Part shown: piece by piece, positions 29,196-38,121 of the stretch
How positions within the stretch are numbered: position 1 is the first letter of the stretch
Layout of the letters: the number at the start of each line of letters is the position of its first letter
From: an uncultured Bacteroidales bacterium
GTDB taxonomy: Bacteria > Bacteroidota > Bacteroidia > Bacteroidales > UBA932
Reading direction: 5' to 3'
DNA length: 64,000 bases
Assembly (NCBI GenBank): GCA_937900465.1
Contig: CALCEJ010000155.1
Coordinates: 403 to 64,402 of the forward strand
The notes under the pieces: model-generated
The model's database searches: none
What the model saw: the letters and a program-made list of their open reading frames with translations, nothing else
What the model was told of the DNA's origin: nothing
Program-made: the position numbers and the translations under genes

Positions 29196-30077
29196 ATGCC
29201 CACAGCCTACTACAAATCACTAGATAAAAACTTTACACTCCTACATGGAGATTGTATCGAACTTCTTAATTCCTTCGAGTTCAAGTTCGATATGATTTTT
29301 GCGGATCCGCCGTATCATCTATCCAACGGCGGGATTAGCATACAGAGTGGCGTCCCGGTATCTGTGAATAAGGGTAAATGGGATAAGTCTCAAGGCTTTG
29401 AGGAGGATTACAAATTTGATAAAACGTGGTTGGCAGCGTGCAGAGAGCATTTGAAATCCGACGGAACTGTTTGGGTTAGTGGTACATATCACAATATCTT
29501 TTCCGTAGCACGTTGTCTAACCGAACTCGACTTCAAGATTCTCAACTGCATAACTTGGGTGAAGACAAATCCACCACCCAATCTTTCCTGCCGCTATTTC
29601 ACATACTCCGCTGAATACATCCTATGGGCAAGGAGGGAGCAGAAAACGGCACATTATTACAATTATGAGCTGATGAAGGAAATCAACGGTGGCACACAAA
29701 TGAGAGATGTTTGGACTCTTCCGGCAATTGCTCCTTGGGAGAAGTCCTGCGGCAAGCATCCCACGCAAAAACCTCTGTGTGTTTTATCAAGGATTATTCA
29801 AGCTTCTACCAAACCTGGTGCCTGGATTCTTGACCCATTCACAGGAAGTAGCACCACAGGTGTTGCGGCCAATCTTCTTGGCCGCCGCTTTCTTGGCATT
29901 GACCAAGAAGAAAAGTTCCTCGAGATGAGCAAGGCTCGCCGCGAGGAACTGAATAGCATTAAGCGTAGAGGAGAGATTCTGGAGAAACTAGAGAAGCAAG
30001 CTAAACTCTTCCAGGATAGCGATATTAGGGTGCTGTGTGAGCCGGAGGCTTATTATGGCCCCGATTTGCCCTTTTAA
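29196..30077 (+). CDS. DpnA-type N6/N4 DNA methyltransferase
   Basis: FADPPY, HPTQKP, LDPFTGSSTT (beta-class motif order). Confidence 0.92.
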   Translation: MPTAYYKSLDKNFTLLHGDCIELLNSFEFKFDMIFADPPYHLSNGGISIQSGVPVSVNKGKWDKSQGFEEDYKFDKTWLAACREHLKSDGTVWVSGTYHNIFSVARCLTELDFKILNCITWVKTNPPPNLSCRYFTYSAEYILWARREQKTAHYYNYELMKEINGGTQMRDVWTLPAIAPWEKSCGKHPTQKPLCVLSRIIQASTKPGAWILDPFTGSSTTGVAANLLGRRFLGIDQEEKFLEMSKARREELNSIKRRGEILEKLEKQAKLFQDSDIRVLCEPEAYYGPDLPF

Positions 30078-30099
30078 CTATTATCACTCTCATCTTGCC

Positions 30100-30936
30100 C
30101 TAGGCGGCTCCTTCAGCATATTTCCACATAAATCCCCCGGTGCTTTGATAAGTGCCTGAGAGCACTTTGCAGATGCCGGAGTGGGAGATTCCGGTTGCCT
30201 TGGCGGCGTCTGAGATAGATGAGAAAGTCTTCACTATTTTCAGGTTTCCATCCTGGTCTTTTTCAAGCTGAACAACACCACGTTTGGCGGAACCCTTCTG
30301 TGCTTCCACCGCAGTCTTGTTCTCGTGGAGCACCCACCCCTTGATAGATTTGAGCTTTCCAGAAACCAGCTGGGAGATGGAGCCGTGGCCGACATTGAGC
30401 TCTTTCTCGCAGTCACGGTAAGATGCCCATACCTTCTTTTCTGTACCATTGTAGAGAGTGATAGACTTACTCCTGGGGTCAGGAGCCTTCTCCTCCTTGA
30501 TATCAGCAGGTTCCTCGATGCTGGGCGCAGGCGTTGAGGAGAGGAGGGTATCCACCACAGTTGTCCAATGGAGTTTGTCCATACGGAGTTCCTGGGTGAG
30601 GAGAGTGGGGTTGATGCCACTGCAAGCAGCAGCAAGATTGAATATCTCCTCATTGCTGAGCTTGTCGGAGAGAGAGGTCTTGAATACTTTCAGACACTGC
30701 CCGAATAAACCTTCCCTCTTGATAGCGGCGTTGATAACACTCTTCCATTCCTCTGCTGTGAGAACGGAAGAAATGCCCATCTTGCTGGAAATGAATGAGA
30801 ACACGTCTTCGGGATTGAACCCATTGGACTTGATAGAACTGGCCACCATAGTCTTGGCGGCGCCATCACCCTGGATGTAGGGGACTGCATCATAGCTCTC
30901 TTTGAGCGACTTGATGAAATTGTTTGAATTGAACAT
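30100..30936 (-). CDS. hypothetical protein with C-terminal NUMOD1-like DNA-binding repeats
   Basis: FSSISDAAKATGISHSGICKVLSG..TGGFMWKY and a second similar unit. Confidence 0.65.
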   Translation of the reverse strand: MFNSNNFIKSLKESYDAVPYIQGDGAAKTMVASSIKSNGFNPEDVFSFISSKMGISSVLTAEEWKSVINAAIKREGLFGQCLKVFKTSLSDKLSNEEIFNLAAACSGINPTLLTQELRMDKLHWTTVVDTLLSSTPAPSIEEPADIKEEKAPDPRSKSITLYNGTEKKVWASYRDCEKELNVGHGSISQLVSGKLKSIKGWVLHENKTAVEAQKGSAKRGVVQLEKDQDGNLKIVKTFSSISDAAKATGISHSGICKVLSGTYQSTGGFMWKYAEGAA

Positions 30937-31078
30937 ATCAAAAAGATTTTGTGTAAAAACTGAGTGCGATTTACAGGTATTTTCACAAAATCTTCAGGCA
31001 GCCAATATTGGGTGACAGAACAGAAAAGCCCCACCGCAAAGCGGCAGGGCGTGTCCTCCTAGTGTATTTATAATTGTG

Positions 31079-32140
31079 CTACAACATGAAATCCTCTTTA
31101 ATCTGAGCAATGATTTCAGGGGTGGTCTTCGCTATCCCAAATGGAGCACCTTTGAATCCCTCGATAGCAAAATCCTGTGCCACCAAAGGGTCTGCAACCT
31201 TGTCTGCAACAGCGTCTCGAATGTTGGTGAAATAGCCACGTAGTGTTTTTGTATAGGCATCAAAGGTGGTTCCTTCTGCATCCCGGATTCCTCCTGACTC
31301 CTTTTCGTTCTTGTCAGCAAAGGGCAGGCTAACATATATTCTCTTTGTGATTTCCCTGAACTCTCCAAAGGTGTCCTCCACGCAAAGACCATCCATGTAA
31401 AGGAGATAGGTGAGATAGACCGCTTTTTCTATTCCTGTCAAGTCCAGTTTATACTCTTCACCTTCAGCGACATAGATATCATAAGTGTTATACTCGATGG
31501 TTAGAGGGCGAAGATTATTTCGCTGCTTCTTGATAATCAGCTTATAATCAATACTCTTCCTCAAATCATTGGCGACCTTCTCCTTGATTCTGTCAATGTC
31601 CAGTTCTATCCCAAGGACAGCGCACTCCCTCAATATCTTCTCCAACTTCTTCTCCTCTTTTGCAATGAGTTTCTTTTCTGCCAAAGAACCCCTTTCCGGC
31701 TTGGCAATTTTGAGATCTATGTCAAAATCGCTATCATTTGATGTCTCGGACTCGGTAGGGAGTTCAATAACGATAGGAGAGGGAGGCCCCCATTTTTTAT
31801 CCTCATCTGAACCATACACAATTCTGGTAAAATCAGGGAGTGTGTCCGGTGTGCTGATGACAACCCGATCTTTTGCTTTATCCTCTTGGTGGATTCGTGC
31901 AGCGAGGTTCCCTGTCAGAATTTCGTTGTCTGTGGGGAATAAGTTCAGCTTAATTTTATCTACGTCTTCCCCCTGGCAGATTACAGGGAAACTGTCAAGG
32001 ATGTTCATTATGTTTAGGGCGATGGTCGCATTGATACCATCTCTGGGGATAAATAGGAAAACCTTACCTGGTTCCAGTTGGTAGAGTTCCTGTGGAACGA
32101 CATTGTTCAGGATATAATTTGAGAGTCTATCAGATGCCAT
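31079..32140 (-). CDS. hypothetical Bacteroidetes protein
   Basis: Long ORF; EKAVYLTYLLY.DG motif. Confidence 0.6.
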   Translation of the reverse strand: MASDRLSNYILNNVVPQELYQLEPGKVFLFIPRDGINATIALNIMNILDSFPVICQGEDVDKIKLNLFPTDNEILTGNLAARIHQEDKAKDRVVISTPDTLPDFTRIVYGSDEDKKWGPPSPIVIELPTESETSNDSDFDIDLKIAKPERGSLAEKKLIAKEEKKLEKILRECAVLGIELDIDRIKEKVANDLRKSIDYKLIIKKQRNNLRPLTIEYNTYDIYVAEGEEYKLDLTGIEKAVYLTYLLYMDGLCVEDTFGEFREITKRIYVSLPFADKNEKESGGIRDAEGTTFDAYTKTLRGYFTNIRDAVADKVADPLVAQDFAIEGFKGAPFGIAKTTPEIIAQIKEDFML

Positions 32141-32411
32141 AATTGTCTTAACGTTTGATTATAAAGTATTTATTGCGGAGAAGACTTCATCTATTATTTC
32201 ACCCATCCGGCTTTCTTCAAGACTTCGCCAGCGTTCACGCCTAAAACGCACATATGTAGTTATATGGTAATTGCTTCAAACCTCAAAGGTAGTAAAAATT
32301 CATGGGGATAGCAAAGGGAATGGTTGCCAATATTGGCTGCTCTGCCATTGGTATATATCCTCTCTAATTTTGCATTGTGGAACAAGGTGAAAACCATAAA
32401 ACTATCGGCTT

Positions 32412-33320
32412 ATGAAAGCAAAAGAATCAACAAAACTGGCTGTGATCGACAGCAACACGGGGATTGACTGGTATGGTCAGTCTTGGAAAGATAGGGAGTT
32501 CAGTCATGCTGAGAGAACCATCAGGGTGGGAACTGCATTTTCTGGCATTGGCGCCCCTGAAATGGCACTTGACCTGCTGGGAGTCAAGCACGAGATTGTC
32601 TTTGCGTGTGACATCAACAAGGCTGCAAAGAAGTCCTATCTGGCTAACTACAATGTCCGGGATTGGTGGGATGATGTGAAGGAACTGGATGCTACAAGGT
32701 ATAAGGGGATGATAGACCTCTTTGTGGCGGGGGTCTGCTGCCAGCCTTGGTCTCTTTCAGGGAAACTCAAAGGTTTGAAGGATGAGAGAGGTCAGCTTTT
32801 CTATCAGTTTGTCAGGGTGATTTGCGAGTGTGCGCCCAAGGTCTGGATTTTCGAGAACGTGGATAACATTCTGCACCACAGGAGCGAGATTGATGGGAAA
32901 GAAGTCCTCACGTGGCCTATTCTCCTCAACGATATGGAGACGTCTTTCACGGAAGCAGGACTCCACTACCACATCCACTATCGTGTGCTTGATGCAGCAG
33001 ATTATGGTGTTCCCCAGCACAGGGAGAGGGTGTTCTGCATCGGTTTCCTTGATGAGAGCGTCGATGACAAGGGTGATTTTCTTTTTCCCGCCCCTGTCAA
33101 GTTGGAAAAGTCGCTGTATGACTATTTGGACGATTTGACTCCCGGGAGGCGTTACCTTACGGCAAGGGAGAGGATTTCCCTGATGGGATTCCCCGGGACA
33201 TTCAAGCAGGTTGTGAGTGACGCCCAGTTCAGCAAGCAGGCAGGGAACTCCATTGTAGTGGATGTTTTGATGGCACTTTACAAGCAGATGGACATCACCA
33301 GGTATGGAGTTGAAGCATAA
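32412..33320 (+). CDS. C5 DNA cytosine methyltransferase with a very short variable region
   Basis: FSGIG, CCQPWS, ENV, PQHRERVF, LMGFP, QAGNSI motifs. Confidence 0.9.
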   Translation: MKAKESTKLAVIDSNTGIDWYGQSWKDREFSHAERTIRVGTAFSGIGAPEMALDLLGVKHEIVFACDINKAAKKSYLANYNVRDWWDDVKELDATRYKGMIDLFVAGVCCQPWSLSGKLKGLKDERGQLFYQFVRVICECAPKVWIFENVDNILHHRSEIDGKEVLTWPILLNDMETSFTEAGLHYHIHYRVLDAADYGVPQHRERVFCIGFLDESVDDKGDFLFPAPVKLEKSLYDYLDDLTPGRRYLTARERISLMGFPGTFKQVVSDAQFSKQAGNSIVVDVLMALYKQMDITRYGVEA

Positions 33321-33345
33321 GTTTAACTATTTAATAATCAACAAA

Positions 33346-33858
33346 ATGAAGCAGACAATGAATTATGATGGAATGAGCTACAATGAGCTTGTGGCACAGA
33401 AGATGGAGCTTGAAAACGCTATCAACAAGATGAGAGAACAGGAGATAAGGCGTGCCCTTGATGAGCTGCTGAAAACCTACTCGATAACCAAGGAGGAGAT
33501 GACGAGAATCTACTTTGGAGAGGAGGTTGCTCCTGTTCCTGTTTCTGTGGAAAAGACTGAGACAGAACTTCCTACAATGGCGGAACTGCTCTCTGATGTC
33601 CCTGAATACAAGGAAGTCTATAGCCTAAAATCGCCCAAGAAGAAGAGCAACAGGAGTCTCCCTACAATGGATGAGCTGCTCTCGGAGGAGCCTATCAACA
33701 GGATTCTGTGCTTGGGGAATCTGGAGCCCAAGGGAGCGCCGTATCGTCAGCATTCCAGAATCAACCACACCGATGGCATCATCCCTACCGAGACCGCTAC
33801 TGGAAAGACAATGGTTTATATCCCTCCCCGGAAACCTAAACCCACTATGACAGCATAA
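33346..33858 (+). CDS. hypothetical protein: H-NS-like N-terminal coiled-coil and MTase TRD-like C-terminus
   Basis: MSYNELVAQKMELENAI..TYSITKEEM; LGNL..Q.SRI...DGIIPT. Confidence 0.5.
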   Translation: MKQTMNYDGMSYNELVAQKMELENAINKMREQEIRRALDELLKTYSITKEEMTRIYFGEEVAPVPVSVEKTETELPTMAELLSDVPEYKEVYSLKSPKKKSNRSLPTMDELLSEEPINRILCLGNLEPKGAPYRQHSRINHTDGIIPTETATGKTMVYIPPRKPKPTMTA

Positions 33859-34056
33859 AATGCCAATAAGCCTTGCGGTTCTCGATTATTACGGCTATCT
33901 TCGTTCTACTTGCTTAAATACCCTGAACTTCTTTCTCAGGGACAGATTCCGGAATCAAGGGAGCTCCACTGCATCTGTTGCAAGGGAGCTCCAATCTTGA
34001 AGACCCCCTTGAAAAATGTGTCCAAAATGTGTCCAAATTTGGGGGATGCTAAAAAA

Positions 34057-34101
34057 TCAGACTTTGCAAGTCTTTATAAATCAACAACTTGCAAAGTCTG
34101 A
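34057..34101. repeat. 15-bp inverted repeat next to the att core (homolog at 20844-20888)
   Basis: TCAGACTTTGCAAGT / ACTTGCAAAGTCTGA. Confidence 0.8.
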
Positions 34102-34105
34102 CAAG

Positions 34106-34190
34106 TGCCCCGGGCGGGACTCGAACCCGCACGGCCGTTTCGGGCCAAGGGATTTTAAGTCCCTCGTGTCTACCATTCCACCACCAAGGC
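34106..34190 (-). tRNA. tRNA-Leu(TAA)
   Basis: GCCTTGGTGGTGGAATGGTAGACAC..AGGGA-CTTAAAA-TCCCT, long variable arm, GGTTCGAGTCC. Confidence 0.96.
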
Positions 34191-34261
34191 TTACTGGCGG
34201 GTGTTGCCCGCCGAAGTGCAAAGATAAGCAAATTTCCCGAAAATGATTATCTTTGTAAGCT

Positions 34262-35257
34262 ATGGGAAAAGGAAAGATTCAGATACTGAACCCGGAGACG
34301 CTGAGAGTCGAGGAGAAAGACATCCGGGATTTCCACGTGGAGAAGACAGTTGCGATACTCGTGACGGCGGTACTTCTTTTCGTGGGCTTTATCTGGATAT
34401 GGGGCTCCAATCCGGACCTCGTGCTCCCGAAGACGATGATTCTGAGGCGCCGGAGCGCGACCTGGGATTCGCGTCTGGAGGTGCTTTCAGGCCGGATGGA
34501 CAAGTATGAGGCTGAGCTCTCGATGCTGGAGGTGAGGGACGATAAGATATACCGCTCGGTTTATGGTATGAACGAAATTCCCTTCGACATCCGGAGTTCC
34601 GTGAACCCGTCCTCGCCCCGTTATGCCGCGATAGCGGACCTGGATAAAGACAGCCGTCTGAGGGCCGTGACGCTCCGGATGGACTCCCTGATGAAACGCG
34701 CCGCCGTCCAGTCCAAGTCCTTCGACGAAATCGAAGTGATTGCAAGGACAACCGGCGAGATGGCTACGTCCATCCCCTCGATCTGCCCCCTCACCCCCGG
34801 CAGTTTCCACCTTTCCAGTCCCTTCGGCACCCGCAGCGACCCCTTCAACGGCACGTCCAAGCGCCACACCGGAATGGACTTTTCCTGCCCCATCGGCACT
34901 CCCATCTACGCCAGCGGAGACGGCGTCGTGGTCAAGGTGGCCCACGAATTCTACGGCTACGGCAACAGCATAATGGTTGACCACGGATTCGGCTACCGGA
35001 CCCGTTATGCCCATATGTCCAAAATCTGCGTCCGTAACGGACAGGTCCTCCGTAGAGGGGACTTCCTCGGGTATTCCGGCCGCTCCGGAAGGGCGACGGG
35101 GCCTCACCTTCATTACGAAGTGTTCTACCGCAACGACTATGTCAATCCGTATCATTTTATGGACCTTGAACTGTCGGAGCAGGACTATGCCGCGATGGTG
35201 AGGATGCCGGAGGAAATAATTGAAGACGGGGAGGAAGCAGGTCCCAATGACGGATAA
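34262..35257 (+). CDS. M23 family metallopeptidase
   Basis: HTGMD, YAHM, HLHYE motifs; N-terminal TM. Confidence 0.93.
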   Translation: MGKGKIQILNPETLRVEEKDIRDFHVEKTVAILVTAVLLFVGFIWIWGSNPDLVLPKTMILRRRSATWDSRLEVLSGRMDKYEAELSMLEVRDDKIYRSVYGMNEIPFDIRSSVNPSSPRYAAIADLDKDSRLRAVTLRMDSLMKRAAVQSKSFDEIEVIARTTGEMATSIPSICPLTPGSFHLSSPFGTRSDPFNGTSKRHTGMDFSCPIGTPIYASGDGVVVKVAHEFYGYGNSIMVDHGFGYRTRYAHMSKICVRNGQVLRRGDFLGYSGRSGRATGPHLHYEVFYRNDYVNPYHFMDLELSEQDYAAMVRMPEEIIEDGEEAGPNDG

Positions 35258-35260
35258 ACT

Positions 35261-36184
35261 ATGACACTTCGAAACAGGAAACAGTCCCGCCTTTCGAGGC
35301 TTCTGCTGAGCGCACTCCGCTTTGCAGTGATTTCCGTGTTCCTTGCAGTCGTGTTCTACGCCGTATTCGCCCTCCTGTTCTCGACCCCGGAGGAGAAGCG
35401 TCTCTCGAGAGAAAACAGGATGGCTGCGAGGAGCTATACGGACCTCAGGAGGAAGGAAAAACTCCTTTCAGACGTGGTTGAAGGGTTGATTGCAAAGGAT
35501 GACACAATCTATGTCCGCCTCTTCGGGACGGATGCCCCGCGAACCGGAGAGACTCAGGGCGTAGCGGAAACGATAGCGTCCGTCGATACCCTTGGAGACC
35601 AGTTTTTCCTCAGCTACTCCGCCTCCCGCGCGGAGAATCTGATGCGCCTTTCCGAATCTGTCGACGATAACTTCAGGGCCATATTCGACGCCCTCGTGGA
35701 GCGCCCGGACACGATACCCCCGCTGTCCCTCCCGATAGAGGACCTGAATCCGGTCCAGGTAGGCGCCTCCACCGGAGAGAAAGTCAATTCAATCTACAAT
35801 CTCCGGATGACCCACGACGGAATCGACCTCATCGCCCCGCAGGGGACGGAAGTCTTAGCCGCAGCGTCCGGTACAGTCTCCGAGGTAATCCGTACGCGCC
35901 GGGGCCGCGGCAACAGCGTTACGATAGACCACGGTAACGGCTATTCGACTACCTACTCGCTCCTTGGCGACGTGCTGGTCTTGAGGGGAAACAAGGTCGC
36001 AAAGGGGAAGAAGATAGGAACCGTCGGAATCTCCCAGATGAGCTATTCCCCACACCTTCACTACAGCGTACTGAAAGACGGAGAGCCCCTCGACCCGGTA
36101 AATCATTTCTTCGCATCAGTAACCCCCGAGGACTATGAGAAGATGCTTTATATGTCAATAATCACCTTACAATCAATGGACTAA
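35261..36184 (+). CDS. M23 family peptidase paralog
   Basis: HDGID and PHLHY motifs; YSLL replaces YAHL. Confidence 0.88.
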   Translation: MTLRNRKQSRLSRLLLSALRFAVISVFLAVVFYAVFALLFSTPEEKRLSRENRMAARSYTDLRRKEKLLSDVVEGLIAKDDTIYVRLFGTDAPRTGETQGVAETIASVDTLGDQFFLSYSASRAENLMRLSESVDDNFRAIFDALVERPDTIPPLSLPIEDLNPVQVGASTGEKVNSIYNLRMTHDGIDLIAPQGTEVLAAASGTVSEVIRTRRGRGNSVTIDHGNGYSTTYSLLGDVLVLRGNKVAKGKKIGTVGISQMSYSPHLHYSVLKDGEPLDPVNHFFASVTPEDYEKMLYMSIITLQSMD

Positions 36185-36189
36185 CAGCA

Positions 36190-36507
36190 ATGGCAAAAGT
36201 GCTTTATACAATTGGCGAAGCGGCCGAAATACTTGGCGAAAATGTCTCCGCCGTCCGCTACTGGAGCAACTGCTTCGAGAAGTTCCTGAATCCTGCCCGT
36301 AACGGCAAGGGAAACCGCCTGTACCATCCCGAAGATATAGAAACCCTCCGGGAGATCCATCATCTGCTCCGCGTCGAAGGCCTTACCCTCGAGGGTGTGT
36401 CCATTCGCCTTCGCGACGACCGCCGTTCCGTTGAGACCCGCGTCAAGGTGCTGGATTCCCTGAAGGAGATACGGAAAGAACTCCAGGAAGTACGAAAGAG
36501 CCTATGA
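36190..36507 (+). CDS. MerR family transcriptional regulator
   Basis: YTIGEAAEIL..VRYW..GNRLY. Confidence 0.9.
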   Translation: MAKVLYTIGEAAEILGENVSAVRYWSNCFEKFLNPARNGKGNRLYHPEDIETLREIHHLLRVEGLTLEGVSIRLRDDRRSVETRVKVLDSLKEIRKELQEVRKSL

Positions 36508-37286
36508 GAATCAAAGATATAACCGCCGTAATAGAGCAGTTCGCCCCCCTCGGAATACAGGAGCAGTGGGACAACAGCGGCCTGTCCGTCGGAGACCCGG
36601 ACGCGGAAGCGACGGGAGTCCTCGTGGGCTTCGACTGTACCCCGGAGCTCATCGATGAAGCCATCGCGACCGGCTGCAACCTCGTCGTAACTCACCATCC
36701 CCTGATTTTCCGCGGAATTATGGGCATCCACCCCGGCCGTCCCGTCGACGACGCCATCATCAAGGCCATCCGCGGCGGCATCGCCGTCTATTCGGCCCAT
36801 ACCACCGCAGACAAAGTCGCTGCCGGCGTCAGCGGCGCAATGGCCAGGAGGCTGATGCTCGGAGACCAGCGCTTCCTGTGTGCGGACCCCTCCGGAAACA
36901 CCGGCCTTGGAATGACCGGCTACCTCCCCAGGCCTATGACCGCCCCCGAAGCGATCGACTACGTCAAAAACTGCTTCGATCTCAAGGCCGTCCGAACCTC
37001 AAGGCCCATCGAAACCCCCATCACCAAAGTCGCCCTCTGCGGCGGCAGTGGCGGATCGATGATAGCCGATGCGATCTCAGAAGGCGCTCAGCTTTACATT
37101 TCCGCGGACATTTCCTACCACAATTTCTTCACTCCCGAAGGCTTTATGATTATGGACATAGGCCATTTCGAAAGCGAAGTGGAAATCACGGAAATATTAT
37201 TTTCTCTTATTAGAGAAAAATTTGCTAACTTTGCCGTCCGCAAAAGCGCGGGCCTTGGGTCCGCAAACCCCGTATATTATTACTGA
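36504..37286 (+). CDS. Nif3-like dinuclear metal center protein
   Basis: WDNSGL, THHPLIF, HTTAD, GGSG, GHFESE motifs. Confidence 0.92.
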   Translation: MRIKDITAVIEQFAPLGIQEQWDNSGLSVGDPDAEATGVLVGFDCTPELIDEAIATGCNLVVTHHPLIFRGIMGIHPGRPVDDAIIKAIRGGIAVYSAHTTADKVAAGVSGAMARRLMLGDQRFLCADPSGNTGLGMTGYLPRPMTAPEAIDYVKNCFDLKAVRTSRPIETPITKVALCGGSGGSMIADAISEGAQLYISADISYHNFFTPEGFMIMDIGHFESEVEITEILFSLIREKFANFAVRKSAGLGSANPVYYY

Positions 37287-37292
37287 CACAAT

Positions 37293-38108
37293 ATGGCAAC
37301 GAAGAAAACCGTTAAGAAAGTGGAGGCTCCCATCGACCAGAGGGAGACTTTCGTATCCCTGCAGAAGAATTTCGCAGACTCCTCAGAGTCCGTAGCTGAG
37401 AAGCTCAAGACTCTCTACGAGCTGCAGAAGGCAGATTCTGAGATCGACAAGATCGTCCAGCGCCGCGGCGCCCTCCCTGCAGAGGTGGAGGCCCTTGAAA
37501 GTGAAATCGCTGACCTGAAGACCCGCGAGGCCGCCCTTGCTGAACTCCTCGAGCAGATGAACCGCAACATCGCGGACGCAAAACTCGCAATTGCAGAGCA
37601 CGAGAGCCAGATTGAAAAGTACCAGCGCCAGCTCAATACCATCTCCAACAGCCGTGAGTACGACTCCCTTTCCAAGGAGATCGAGAACCAGGAACTCGAG
37701 AAGCAGATCGCTGAGAAGGTCATCGGAGACACCCGCTATGAGATGGCGACAAAGAAAGACGAACTCGACGATCTCCGCTCCCACATCGAAATCCGTACAG
37801 AAGACCTCCTTGCAAAGAAGGAAGAACTCGACAAGACCGTTGAGTCAACCGCCGCGGAGGAGAAGGTCTGGCAGGATCGCCGCGATGCCCTGGCAGCAAA
37901 GATCGACGATCGTACGATGAGCGCATACGAGCGTATCCGCGCATCGGTCCATAATCACCTTGCCGTCGTAGGCGTCTACAACGAGAACTCCTGCGGAGGA
38001 TGTTTCAATACCATCACTCCCCAGCGTCTTGTAGAGGTCTCCTCCAACCGTAAGCTTATAATCTGCGAGCACTGCGGACGCATTATCATCAACCCTGACT
38101 TTGAGTAG
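37293..38108 (+). CDS. coiled-coil C4 zinc-ribbon protein (DUF164-like)
   Basis: CGGC...CEHCGRI; usual neighbour of Nif3. Confidence 0.88.
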   Translation: MATKKTVKKVEAPIDQRETFVSLQKNFADSSESVAEKLKTLYELQKADSEIDKIVQRRGALPAEVEALESEIADLKTREAALAELLEQMNRNIADAKLAIAEHESQIEKYQRQLNTISNSREYDSLSKEIENQELEKQIAEKVIGDTRYEMATKKDELDDLRSHIEIRTEDLLAKKEELDKTVESTAAEEKVWQDRRDALAAKIDDRTMSAYERIRASVHNHLAVVGVYNENSCGGCFNTITPQRLVEVSSNRKLIICEHCGRIIINPDFE

Positions 38109-38121
38109 TCCTCAATCCGCT

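Larger units (their letters stand above)
20892..34117. mobile_element. Integrative element (element B) at the tRNA-Leu 3' end
   Basis: Integrase/xis at one end, att core GTGCCCCGGGCGG 34105-34117, arm repeats, lower GC, RM cargo. Confidence 0.9.

Noticed and set aside
20892..34117. Prophage or conjugative transposon
   Set aside because: No structural, terminase, relaxase or type IV secretion genes recognised
34218..34256. Inverted repeat CAAAGATAA/TTATCTTTG as an invertible element (similar at about 57218-57245)
   Set aside because: Explained by back-to-back TAnnTTTG promoters of divergent genes
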